Shown piece by piece: positions 9,597 to 18,926 of a stretch of DNA of 59,585 bases. The first letter of the stretch is position 1. Every line of letters starts with the position of its first letter. Made by a program: the position numbers and the translations under genes. Source of the stretch: a virus (Duplodnaviria; Caudoviricetes); IMG/VR virus record IMGVR_UViG_3300011409_000288, positions 1 to 59,585 of that record, one strand, 5' to 3'. Below the pieces are notes generated by a model. That model had not been told where the DNA came from and did not search any database. It saw nothing but the letters and a program-made list of their open reading frames with translations.

Positions 9597-10067
9597 GAGG
9601 TAAATGTATGGCGTCCCCAGGGTGTGGCGTCTTAGCTGTCCCTATAGCGCCGCAAGCGTGTGGCAAACCGCCGCGCTAGGTTGGCCGGAAGCCAGTCAAT
9701 AATGAGCCGAGGGTTGTTGAGATCTCGGCTCGCTCGCCATTGTTCCATAAACCACATGGAGTTATCCTTTCTCCCGCGTGACGCTGGTAGTGTGCGATTG
9801 ATCTTGTGCATCAAGCAGTCCTGAAACCAGGCGCGATACTCATTTCCGGTATAGGTTCGTGGCCAGCCTCCGGTATCCACAGCCTTGATTGTTCCTGTGG
9901 GGGTGTTCCTTGGCAAAGGCGAGTGCTGCGCGTAACTGTGGCACGGTGTACTGTGTCATGCTATGTTCTTTCTGATAGGAGGTATTCTTTGTGTGCCTTG
10001 TGCTGGCTTGTCACAGCACTGCCACATTACGGCCCGGGCAGATCGCCCGGGCTGACTCTGTATAAGG

Positions 10068-10589
10068 CTAGATACGACACCCCATAATCACACCGATGGC
10101 CCCGTTCCCGTCTGTCCCCTTTACACGCATAGTGTAGTTCTCTGGATTAAGGCTCAGAACAATGACGGTATTGTCTGAAAGTGTTTTGGCTAGGTCGAGC
10201 ATGAGCTGTGCGTTGAAGGACACCGTGACGGGCAAACTGTCTTTCTCTGGTATAACCGCCTCATACTGCGGATATTTTGGTGGAGGATCTTCCCCTTGGA
10301 ACGGGTTCGGAAACGACACCAGCCCTGTCTTCCCCATAACCTGCGTTGTCTCCTTGTAGTGGAGTAACTTGCCCCGGAAACCTTTCGGGAGCTTGGCTGC
10401 TGCTAGGATAGCCTCCGCAGGCACATAGCCGGAGACTTCTCCCTCATCGGGATCAATAGGGTATTCCACAAGTGCCGCTCCATCGGTAGCCACTGCTACC
10501 CTCTTCTCGACATTCACATAGACATGTTGAATACTGGCCTGAGACCTTTCATTACCACAAAGTGCTAAGAGAGATTTTGGGATGTTCAT
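10068..10589 (-). CDS. Truncated beta-sliding-clamp-like protein
   Basis: VAVATDGAAL, KYPQYEAVIP, VSFNAQLM, GVIMGCR resemble domains II-III of DnaN. Confidence 0.6.
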   Translation of the reverse strand: MNIPKSLLALCGNERSQASIQHVYVNVEKRVAVATDGAALVEYPIDPDEGEVSGYVPAEAILAAAKLPKGFRGKLLHYKETTQVMGKTGLVSFPNPFQGEDPPPKYPQYEAVIPEKDSLPVTVSFNAQLMLDLAKTLSDNTVIVLSLNPENYTMRVKGTDGNGAIGVIMGCRI

Positions 10590-10636
10590 TGCTCGCTCCT
10601 TTATAGGGCGTCCTGCGACGCCCTGGTGTGTGCTAG

Positions 10637-10843
10637 TTAGGCTCCGCGCTCTGTCTCCGTATTTTCAACCGCACTGATCTGCTCGTCTGTCGGGGCTGTG
10701 AGTACCCTTACGACAACCTCCTCCTCGTAGGCATACTGGAGAAGCTCTCCAATAATCGCTTCATGGATATTCTCTTCCGTGACGCGAAACCCGTCAGCAA
10801 TCCAGTTATCTGCTATCGCAATTTCAACCGTCCACTTCAACAT
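10637..10843 (-). CDS. Small hypothetical protein
   Basis: AGGAGG RBS. Confidence 0.65.
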   Translation of the reverse strand: MLKWTVEIAIADNWIADGFRVTEENIHEAIIGELLQYAYEEEVVVRVLTAPTDEQISAVENTETERGA

Positions 10844-11039
10844 ATGTACCTCCTATATGGTGTTAGGCCGCTGGCGACCCCGTGGTGTGGCGACTTGAGG
10901 CAGGCTATGAGGCAAGGGGAAGCGTCAGGGAATGCACCAGCCGCGCCTGTTCCCCTACAGCGCGACAATCGGCTACAAAGCGTTGTTGCCAATAGAAGTT
11001 GAGCAAGGTTGCGTCAGCCATGTCTGTCACTACTGTTGA

Positions 11040-11125
11040 GTGCCTATGCCAGCATGGCAGACGGTCTGCCATGCTCGTGTTCTGTCACGCAGGGCAACTT
11101 TCTGCTGCGCTCGCACACTGAGCAC
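11040..11125 (-). ncRNA. Structured intergenic repeat, copy A (four-way junction motif)
   Basis: AGTGTGCGAG-hairpin-CGTG acagaa CACG-hairpin-GGCATAGG on the minus strand. Confidence 0.65.
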
Positions 11126-11126
11126 C

Positions 11127-11426
11127 CTAGACCAATGCCAATTGGCCGATGACCTGCTCCACCAGCCAGGCCCGTGCCTCCTTGACACTGGCGCAATCCT
11201 TGTTACGATAGTTACTGTGTATTGCATAGTCCACATGGCCCGAGCTGTCATACGCCATAGCGAGCACAAACGCCGGCCTGTGCGGAAGATCTTGATAGCT
11301 GAGATAATAACCCCGCGCCCGTTCTGCGCCGTCTGCATCCTCGACATAGAGCCAGCCCCGATCTGAGGTTGCCCATTGACCGCTGTCCTGTGGGGCCGTT
11401 GCTGTATAGGTATCAAACGTATACAT
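11127..11426 (-). CDS. Hypothetical protein
   Basis: RBS; stop immediately precedes repeat copy A. Confidence 0.6.
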   Translation of the reverse strand: MYTFDTYTATAPQDSGQWATSDRGWLYVEDADGAERARGYYLSYQDLPHRPAFVLAMAYDSSGHVDYAIHSNYRNKDCASVKEARAWLVEQVIGQLALV

Positions 11427-11449
11427 GGTATGGACCTTTCTGTATGGTG

Positions 11450-11680
11450 CTAGTTTTTGTATGCGTCAGCTATCAGATCATAGGTCAGAAAAATGGCTTT
11501 CGCCTTTTCCTCATTGTTCGTGTTGAGACATGCGACCAGTTCTTGCGCCAGTGCTGGGACACAGTACGGTTTTGCTTTCTTGGTACTACTACGAAGCGGT
11601 TTTGGGTTCGCTCGCTTGTATGCCGCTAAACACATGGCGTAAATCAATTCATGGGCTTTGTTGTGCCAGGTATGCTCCAT
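11450..11680 (-). CDS. Hypothetical protein
   Basis: AGGAG RBS just after repeat copy B. Confidence 0.65.
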   Translation of the reverse strand: MEHTWHNKAHELIYAMCLAAYKRANPKPLRSSTKKAKPYCVPALAQELVACLNTNNEEKAKAIFLTYDLIADAYKN

Positions 11681-11700
11681 AACAATGCTCCTGTGTTGCC

Positions 11701-11779
11701 CCTATGCCGAACCGTCTGCACCATGCATACAATCCCCTGTTGTCTCAGGTAGGGCAGCAGAGCGCTGCCCTCGCACACT
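11701..11779 (-). ncRNA. Structured intergenic repeat, copy B
   Basis: Same architecture; central hairpin CCTG agacaa CAGG. Confidence 0.65.
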
Positions 11780-12000
11780 TAGGGTTGACCTTTCAGAAAC
11801 GCTTCCCCATGGAGAATGCACTGTGCTACACAATGCTCGTTGTGGAAATAGGAAGAGGCAAAATCACTCTTGCGCAGGGTACCATCTCCATTGGCTAGCT
11901 CTAGCACAATGTACCGCTCCGCGCAGGAGCCTGGTGTTCCACAACCCGAGCACTTATACATACCTGCCATATCTGCCACCGTCTTATCATAGATCCGCAT
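11779..12000 (-). CDS. Small Cys-containing hypothetical protein
   Basis: RBS; CxxC; stop overlaps repeat copy B. Confidence 0.6.
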   Translation of the reverse strand: MRIYDKTVADMAGMYKCSGCGTPGSCAERYIVLELANGDGTLRKSDFASSYFHNEHCVAQCILHGEAFLKGQP

Positions 12001-12015
12001 TGTCTTCCCTTTCTG

Positions 12016-12300
12016 TTAGTGGCCTGGTCGATCTGGATAATTCTGCTGTATCCCGTCCGCCTCTGCGACAAGCGATTGCCGCACCGCCGCGAGATGTACC
12101 ATCCGCTCATGAAACTGTGTCAGTGCCTGCGGAAAAAGCCCATCGACCAGATAATAATTCCGTCCGTTTGGCGCACACGCCGCCAGTGCTACCTCCGCCG
12201 CCTTGACCGCTTGATAGGCTGACTCTAAATTGTGCAAGAGCGTTTTCTTTGTGTCCCCGTTCATGTGGACAATGGGAAGGATAACCGTAGGCTTTTCCAT
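12016..12300 (-). CDS. Hypothetical phage protein
   Basis: LPIVHMNGD...APNGRNYY; GAGG RBS. Confidence 0.65.
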   Translation of the reverse strand: MEKPTVILPIVHMNGDTKKTLLHNLESAYQAVKAAEVALAACAPNGRNYYLVDGLFPQALTQFHERMVHLAAVRQSLVAEADGIQQNYPDRPGH

Positions 12301-12316
12301 GATTGCATCCTCTGAT

Positions 12317-12559
12317 TTACGTGTGATCGCACCCATATACCCATGTACTAGGCAATTCTATGTGGCATGCTTGGGTATGCACTGGTCGCACCGCTACAAC
12401 CTTTACGAGCGACTTATATTGCCGCTGGACACACCACCAAGTACGCAGCGCACCCCAACACGACCGCGCCTGGACGGTCGCACTCCACCGGCCCGAGAGC
12501 GCATGCTGTGACCTGTTCCAAACCTGGTAGTCAATCCGAAACTGATGCAACGATGCCAT
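12317..12559 (-). CDS. Small hypothetical protein
   Basis: AGGAGG RBS. Confidence 0.55.
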   Translation of the reverse strand: MASLHQFRIDYQVWNRSQHALSGRWSATVQARSCWGALRTWWCVQRQYKSLVKVVAVRPVHTQACHIELPSTWVYGCDHT

Positions 12560-12567
12560 GGTGCCTC

Positions 12568-12714
12568 CTAATCGAGAAGGAAGTAATAGTTGCGTGCGGC
12601 ATACAATGCAAATTCATACGCCTGTACGTCATAGAGCCGCATGGTATCAAAGCCTCTATAGTCAATATAGGCGTCAAGGATACTCTGTAAACACCTATGC
12701 TCTATCAGAGTCAT
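12568..12714 (-). CDS. 48-aa hypothetical protein (below ORF-track cutoff)
   Basis: MTLIEHRCLQSILDAYIDYRGF...; fills the gap between neighbouring genes. Confidence 0.45.
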   Translation of the reverse strand: MTLIEHRCLQSILDAYIDYRGFDTMRLYDVQAYEFALYAARNYYFLLD

Positions 12715-13034
12715 TATTAGATTTCCTTCTTATAGGCATAATCTGCCATGACAGTGAGTCCATGGAGAATAAACAACCGTGCCTCTGTTTGTTCGGGGGT
12801 TTCATCCCAATGGACAGCGGCATATTGTTCCCGTAGATCTGCTGCAAGCCGCTTCAGAATCACGTCAAGACCTGTGTCAATGATGTTAGGAAGGAGCATG
12901 GATGGACCTTTCATGAGGACAGCGTACCGCCCTCGCACAAGTACGCTTGTAAGTCCTGGTGGACTCTAGGTTATGGTGGTTAGGGTAGAGAGGGAGGTAT
13001 GGAGCGACTCTCAATACGCCGCTCCGCATGTCAC

Positions 13035-13253
13035 CTAGACGCTTACATGGCCGGCCATGATGTTATGGACCTTAAACACTGCGCTTGCCTTGCCTGTCGC
13101 ATCCTGCCGGATGTGCAAATATTCTGTGCCTTGCATCTCTACCACCAGACCGCGCTTGTCTGCCAATGCCGCATAGGCCTGCACATGGCATGGGCCAACG
13201 TAATACTTGACCAGGTATCCCTTGTCATTATGTGCTATGACTCTGGTATGCAT
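13035..13253 (-). CDS. Small hypothetical protein
   Basis: AAGGA RBS after repeat copy C. Confidence 0.55.
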   Translation of the reverse strand: MHTRVIAHNDKGYLVKYYVGPCHVQAYAALADKRGLVVEMQGTEYLHIRQDATGKASAVFKVHNIMAGHVSV

Positions 13254-13279
13254 CTAGCTTCCTTTCTTGGCGTAATGCG

Positions 13280-13360
13280 CCTATGCCGAACGATGCACCC
13301 TATGTACACCGCCCCGTGTTCTGTCACGTAGGGAAGGCTACTCGCCTTCCCTCGCACACT
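13280..13360 (-). ncRNA. Structured intergenic repeat, copy C
   Basis: Same architecture; begins at the DUF932 stop codon. Confidence 0.65.
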
Positions 13361-14934
13361 TAGCGCCTATTTGCCTGGATACTGTCCCATTGTGCTTGAT
13401 CGACTGCTAGGCATCCGTCAGGATACGCCGCTTGATATGCGGCTATCTGTGCCTGGACGTCGCCTACTGGTATGGTGACTTGCCGCACGACCACTACGTC
13501 AGAGATGGACTCCACAATGCACGCCTTGACCTTGGATGGTAGGTCATACTTGTCTACTGCCGTGGTATAGACCGCTGCGTGATCCGCTGGTATGCTGTCC
13601 TCGTCAACGACTGCCACTGGCGCGATGTTCGGCTGGACGTTCACCACTTCCTGGACTGCTACAGATGGCATGCTGTCCATATTATTGTCATACTTTAATA
13701 CCTCGAAATCGACAATGTCATACACCTCTTCACTGTCCTCCGATTGCGTTGGCTCCGCTGGTATGCTCGGCTGTGTTGGGATGGTGATAATAGTCTGTTG
13801 CACGCTTGCCTGCTGCTCAGCCATCGGCACCGCGCTCTCGGTGGAGCCCACCACAATTTCAGCCCATGGCTGGTATGTGGGTGTGATGTTCCTTGGAGCC
13901 ATACTCACAATGGGCGCATCCTCGCAACATTCCGACCCGTCCGCCATGACCAGAATTTTTTGGAGGGCCTTTTCCTTTAACTTCGCACCATCGCCGACCT
14001 GTGCCCGCTCAAAACGGATTTGATCATCCGTCATATTGCTTGTTTTATTTGTTTGCTTTACAAGTTGGGCATGGTCAACATAGTTTGTGACCGCTTGATA
14101 CAGCCCATAGGCCGTTTTTTTCCACTCAGGCCACCTATTGCCGTCGTTATCGTCGACCAATTCCATTACCTTGCTTTTAATGTTGTTGGTACGCCCTGTG
14201 TCTTGCTCGCCAAAGAGCGCATTAAGGATACTGATATACCCTTGCGGCTTGAGCCGGCGTTGTGCGAGCTTTTCGAGCGATGCTTTCAGATTCGCTACCG
14301 TGGCCTGTTGCTGGGCCATAAGCCGTGCGGCGTCTTTGGTATCAGAGGCAATGCGCGCCTTGATGTTTTTGGTATGCCGATAGTCCATGCTAAAATCGGC
14401 TGAGGACAGCCCCTGTCTTGTCGTATTCATACAGACCGCACGCACGCTGGACATGTACACCGTCGCCTTAAACCGGCCATTGTAGCTGTTGAGGAAACTG
14501 ATATAGGTTTTCGTAATATCGCCACTGCCTAGCACGTCAATTGCGCCAGTTCGTGCACTGAGGTTCAGGACTGCGCCACCCTGCATGGCAATGGCGGCAG
14601 CAATCGGGATCTCAGGATACGTCTGGAAAAAGGCCGCGCAGAAATCAAAGAGATCCCTCGGCTGGATGTTCCCATAATTGCCACTGTGGACCCCTAACTC
14701 TGCGCCTGTATCAGAGCGGCGTATCCCATGCTGCGCTGAGAGAGAGCCATCCGCATATTGGAGTTGCTCCTGAACCGCTCGCCATGGCCAGGCTATGGAG
14801 AAAATATCATCAAAACTCACAGGCCCTTGTAACACCTGCGCCGGCATACTGTCACTGTGCCACCAGGGAAATTCGCCATACCCAAATACCGCTTCTGCTT
14901 GTCCCATGCTGTCGAAAGCAATTTCGTGTGCCAT
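13360..14934 (-). CDS. DUF932-family phage/plasmid protein with acidic C-terminal extension
   Basis: MAHEI start, RRSDTGAELG, LNSYNG, VRAVCMNT, YRHT, TAYGLYQAVTNYVDH. Confidence 0.85.
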   Translation of the reverse strand: MAHEIAFDSMGQAEAVFGYGEFPWWHSDSMPAQVLQGPVSFDDIFSIAWPWRAVQEQLQYADGSLSAQHGIRRSDTGAELGVHSGNYGNIQPRDLFDFCAAFFQTYPEIPIAAAIAMQGGAVLNLSARTGAIDVLGSGDITKTYISFLNSYNGRFKATVYMSSVRAVCMNTTRQGLSSADFSMDYRHTKNIKARIASDTKDAARLMAQQQATVANLKASLEKLAQRRLKPQGYISILNALFGEQDTGRTNNIKSKVMELVDDNDGNRWPEWKKTAYGLYQAVTNYVDHAQLVKQTNKTSNMTDDQIRFERAQVGDGAKLKEKALQKILVMADGSECCEDAPIVSMAPRNITPTYQPWAEIVVGSTESAVPMAEQQASVQQTIITIPTQPSIPAEPTQSEDSEEVYDIVDFEVLKYDNNMDSMPSVAVQEVVNVQPNIAPVAVVDEDSIPADHAAVYTTAVDKYDLPSKVKACIVESISDVVVVRQVTIPVGDVQAQIAAYQAAYPDGCLAVDQAQWDSIQANRR

Positions 14935-14962
14935 TGTGGTATCCCATTATGCCTATGCTGCG

Positions 14963-15042
14963 CCTATGCCGAACCGTGCCCACCATGGACACAATCCCCT
15001 GTTATGTCAGGCAGGAGGCTACTCGTAGCCTCCTCGCACACT
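14963..15042 (-). ncRNA. Structured intergenic repeat, copy D
   Basis: Same architecture; central hairpin CCTG acataa CAGG. Confidence 0.65.
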
Positions 15043-15048
15043 GAGCGC

Positions 15049-15273
15049 TTATTTCCGCATACCCTGTGGATAGGTCGCTGGATTGAACCGCGCCTTACCA
15101 TCCTTCGCCATAGTGTAAATATTGACGACTACTCTGATAGGCCGTAGCTCGACCCCACAATGGAGCCGCTGTCGATTGACACGCCGATAGGCTCTATGCC
15201 AGCGTTGCTTATCGTGTTTCTCTGACCCGCGACAATGCCCGATCACCGGCACATGTTTGCTTGACCTGCTCAT
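15049..15273 (-). CDS. Small basic hypothetical protein
   Basis: MSRSSK...SEKHDKQRWHR...MAKDGK...MRK; overlapping stop/start with upstream gene. Confidence 0.7.
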   Translation of the reverse strand: MSRSSKHVPVIGHCRGSEKHDKQRWHRAYRRVNRQRLHCGVELRPIRVVVNIYTMAKDGKARFNPATYPQGMRK

Positions 15274-15599
15274 ACTGCCTCCCCTGTGACTTGATCAAGG
15301 ATGGTCTGGTACTTCCCTTTGCACGTTGGGCAGACCTTGTAACACCGATCACCATGGTACCCGTTGGCATGCCTCTTTGGTGCTTTACACCTTTTCACTT
15401 TGCCCGACTCGCACGCCTCACACACCTTGACACACTCAACTCTCGTGACTGTGTGTTGTGCACTGTAGAATGCCACTGCTTTACAGACGTCATGCTGGAG
15501 TTTCAAGAACGTCGCTGCGCCGAGACCGACCGCGCTGTCATACACCTGCCCTGCCGGTCGATACGCGACCCAGGCCCCATAGAGATATCTGTCGCTCAT
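15270..15599 (-). CDS. Zn-finger (CxxCxxxG) hypothetical protein
   Basis: CEACESG, CPTCKGK. Confidence 0.55.
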   Translation of the reverse strand: MSDRYLYGAWVAYRPAGQVYDSAVGLGAATFLKLQHDVCKAVAFYSAQHTVTRVECVKVCEACESGKVKRCKAPKRHANGYHGDRCYKVCPTCKGKYQTILDQVTGEAV

Positions 15600-16023
15600 G
15601 CTTGTTTCCCTTCTTCTGTCGCATGTATGCGTGCCCGTACTCTTGCGGCCCATTCGTCCTGCGACACTACGCGGATACCGTCTCGCTCGGCTTGCTGTCT
15701 GTAGGCTGCTGCGGTACGTTCGATAAAAGACACTTTCTGCTGGAGCATTTTGTCTGTCATTTTTCGTTTTCGTGCCATGGTCCTGTTTCCTTCCCTGTGA
15801 GAGTAGGCTTGCTTGCCATGTAGCCTTGCCACATTAGGAGGATAGGTGTCTATCCTCCGACTCTGTTGCACTCTCATGATCTATGCTGTACTCAGCTTGA
15901 TTTCTCCCTCCCGCCAGGCCTTACACCCTGTACTGATCGCCTGTGGTACTCAGAAACCTCTTTGGGCTTTTCCTATCCTTTGTCTCTAACCGCCGTCTGG
16001 CTGACCGCCAGTAGATGAACATA

Positions 16024-16052
16024 ATAATACTGGGTATCTTACCCTATGTCAA
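16024..16052 (-). promoter_or_regulatory. Leftward sigma70 promoter with perfect operator palindrome
   Basis: TTGACA-taGGGTAAGATACCCag-TATTAT. Confidence 0.8.
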
Positions 16053-16133
16053 GGGATTATTTTCCCTTGTCTTCACTTTTTTTCTTCCCCCTGTTTCGTC
16101 TGTATTCTCCATCTGTTATGGTAGACTCTCTGT

Positions 16134-16679
16134 ATGGATACGCTTTCACACACTCCCGATCATTGGCGCACTCGGATTGTTGGGTATAGTCTGGTGGACG
16201 TTGCCGATCTAGTGCCCAATGAGCGCAATTGGCGCATCCACCCGACCGCGCAACAGCTTGCCCTCACTGCTGTCCTGGATACTGTCGGCCTGCTTGCGCC
16301 GATCACCCTGAACCTGCGCACCTCCCCCTTGTGGCCACCCATGGACCGGCATGTTGTGACGCTCCTTGATGGCCATTGCCGGGTCCTGCTCGCCCTGCGC
16401 CATAGCCAGCCCCACCTCCCCGCCCTGACGGTCGATCTTTCCCCCACCGAGGAAGCCACCGCCCTTGCTACCCTGGATACCCTGACCACTCAGGCCGTCC
16501 CTGATGCCTCCCTCCTGGCGGATCTGTTAACCGATACTGTCCCACTTCAGACCAACGCCACCCTGACCGCTTTTCTGCTGTCCCTGATGCCCGATCACCT
16601 CTCATCCCCACCCCCACACAGCCACTGCCCAACCTGTCACCGCCCCTATCCTGTGTCGTATCCTGTACCAGAAGGATAA
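16134..16679 (+). CDS. ParB N-terminal-like protein preceding terminase
   Basis: DLVPNERNWRIHP, LLDGHCRV; extended -10 TGgTAGACT 6 nt before ATG (possibly leaderless). Confidence 0.75.
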   Translation: MDTLSHTPDHWRTRIVGYSLVDVADLVPNERNWRIHPTAQQLALTAVLDTVGLLAPITLNLRTSPLWPPMDRHVVTLLDGHCRVLLALRHSQPHLPALTVDLSPTEEATALATLDTLTTQAVPDASLLADLLTDTVPLQTNATLTAFLLSLMPDHLSSPPPHSHCPTCHRPYPVSYPVPEG

Positions 16680-16748
16680 CCTTCCCTTGCTACGCCCATG
16701 CAATGCTGCTATCCTAATGCATAGGCACCCTCAGAGAGGTTTCACCTA

Positions 16749-17555
16749 ATGCCGTTTCGCCACGCCCGACGTTGCCAGGGAAAGACAAAAACCGGGAACC
16801 CCTGCCAACAACCCGCTATCACAGGCCGAGACTACTGTAAAATGCACGGAGGCAAGATCCTTCGAGGCATTGCCAGTCCAAGCTACGGCAAGCTGAAACC
16901 AGGCTCCACCCACCTCCCAGGCCAGCATAGTAAGTATATCCCCGTTAAGCTTGCTGCCGACTACCGGAAAGCCCAGAAAGACCCCGACCGCCTCAGCCTG
17001 TTACACGAGATCTCCGCCTGGACGGCCCGAGAGCAAGAACTCCTCAAGCGCCTGACTCCCCACGACGCCGGCGCCACCTGGGAGACCGTGGCTCATGCCT
17101 GGGAGCAGATCACCCAGGCCAAGGCTGACCTGGATACCGCCCAGCAACAACGCGACCTCGCCGGCATGCGAACCGCGTATACGGCCTTTAGCCATGCCAT
17201 CGTCCAAGGCAGTAAGGGGATAGCCCAGGCACAGCTTGACTATGGCCTATGGCGCGAGATCAAGGCCTGTCATGAGATGCTCTTACACCTCCGCACCCAA
17301 GAGCATAAGCGGCTGATGGACCTACAGCGCTACTGGAATAGCGAGCAAGTGACGCTCCGCTGGGGACAGTTTCTGCATGCCTTGTGGGAAGCGGCGACCG
17401 CCATGCTCCCACCGGAGAGTATTCGACCCTTCCTGAGCGATTTCCAATGGCGCATCCGGGCGATAGAGGCGGAATTTGTGGAGCTACACGCCACCTCGCC
17501 GGCTTACGATGCCGAACATACCCCTGTTGCCCCTGCCGACACCACTAAAGAGTAA
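16749..17555 (+). CDS. HGGxSTG-type protein, probable terminase small subunit
   Basis: CQGKTKTGNPCQQPA...CKMHGGK; upstream of TerL; promoter TTGCTA-17-TATCCT at 16687-16715. Confidence 0.7.
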   Translation: MPFRHARRCQGKTKTGNPCQQPAITGRDYCKMHGGKILRGIASPSYGKLKPGSTHLPGQHSKYIPVKLAADYRKAQKDPDRLSLLHEISAWTAREQELLKRLTPHDAGATWETVAHAWEQITQAKADLDTAQQQRDLAGMRTAYTAFSHAIVQGSKGIAQAQLDYGLWREIKACHEMLLHLRTQEHKRLMDLQRYWNSEQVTLRWGQFLHALWEAATAMLPPESIRPFLSDFQWRIRAIEAEFVELHATSPAYDAEHTPVAPADTTKE

Positions 17556-18101
17556 CAGTAACAGCAAAAATCGCCTGTTGTACAAGCCGGCGTACCTATG
17601 CGGCGAAATGCGATTCATGCGTCTAGGCGAATCCCAGGAAGCCTATGTACCCTTTGTGATAAAACGGCCTGGAAGACCATGTTTTACGCGCCGGCACCCC
17701 CACTTTCAGGCAGGTTTTGCCTCAAAACAGGCCATTGTTCGTAGGGTAGAGGCAGAAAAGAGGCAGGACATATGGTCACAATATCACTTGTATGGCTGCG
17801 ATGGGCCTATGTCATTCCCTCCTGTAACCACGTAGAGACGACTAACCGGCCTACTGTACCCGTATGGAGCGTATTCTATGGCATATGGGAAGGAATATGT
17901 CCTCGAGGCATGGCTTCCACTGGCCGGCAGTGTGCGCCGGCTATACGGTAGGGGATAGGCAGGGTATGGTGGGTAGGGCGTAGGGTAGGCATGGCATGGT
18001 GTAGGGCGTAGGGTAGGCGGTTGCAACCATGCGCGGGGGCCGGCGACAAACCAAACGCAGGCGAATAACCAAAACGGTAGACGTATGCCTGGATGGTTCC
18101 T

Positions 18102-18316
18102 CCAGTTCAGATCTGGCCCTACCCATCAGGATTGGCCTTGTGCCTATGAATATGTACCCCGCATCCAGCTCAGATCTACCTCTCCCCATCAGGGCGAGGC
18201 TTAGAGCGACGAATATGGTACCGGCATCATAAAAAATATATCCCTCTCCCCATTGGCCGAGGCTCTATGGCTAAGAATATGTACCACCCCTTCCCATAAT
18301 ATATACCGCTCCCCAT
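18102..18316. repeat. ~63-bp degenerate tandem repeat (about 3.5 units)
   Basis: CCCAT at 18122/18185/18249/18312; GAATAT at 18148/18211/18275. Confidence 0.75.
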
Positions 18317-18926
18317 GCGGCGTGGCTGATCCTGTGGGAGGGCTCTCACCCTTTGGCATGTGAGGGGTGGGACTCCTGGAAAAATATAGACCTACCTATT
18401 GAGGGCTGGAGCGGGACCGTGCGCCCATGCTGGAGCGGGAAGGAGCAGCCATTCGTTGGCGTGGGTGACATCGACGGTACGGACGGCAGTGACATGGGTG
18501 CCGTAGTTGCCGGTGACGATGTAAGCGATGCCGGTGAGGATACTCTGGATACAGTCACCTAGGCCTGGGCGTGCAGTTCGGCGTCAGTCATCAGGCGTGG
18601 CCTTTCCAGATGTGGTCGAGGTGGGCCAGGTCTTCTGGGGAAGGATAGAGGACATAGCCAGGGCCACCATAGAGGAACAGGTGATACGACAGGCGCAGCC
18701 GGTGCCAGAGGTAGCGGAGGTGGCGAATGCCAAGGGTACGGTGCAGCGTCATGGGAGATCCTCCAGGGCGTAAGGGCACAGACAGACACCAGAAGTGTAG
18801 CACAAAACCGTTGCACATGCTTGCGGTTTGCCCATCACTCCTGCCAAACCCCTAGCGACCAGTCCTGGGTGTTTGCTATGCTCTGTGGCAGGGGAACAGG
18901 GCAGAGCTGACCTGGAAAGCACACGC

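Noticed and set aside
11040-15042. Junction repeats as tRNAs, integron attC sites or intrinsic terminators
   Set aside because: No TTC loop or CCA, no RYYYAAC/GTTRRRY ends, no integrase in the window, no U-tract
18346-18818. Small minus-strand ORFs between TerS and TerL
   Set aside because: Low-complexity, overlapping alternatives with no motifs; cannot choose a real frame
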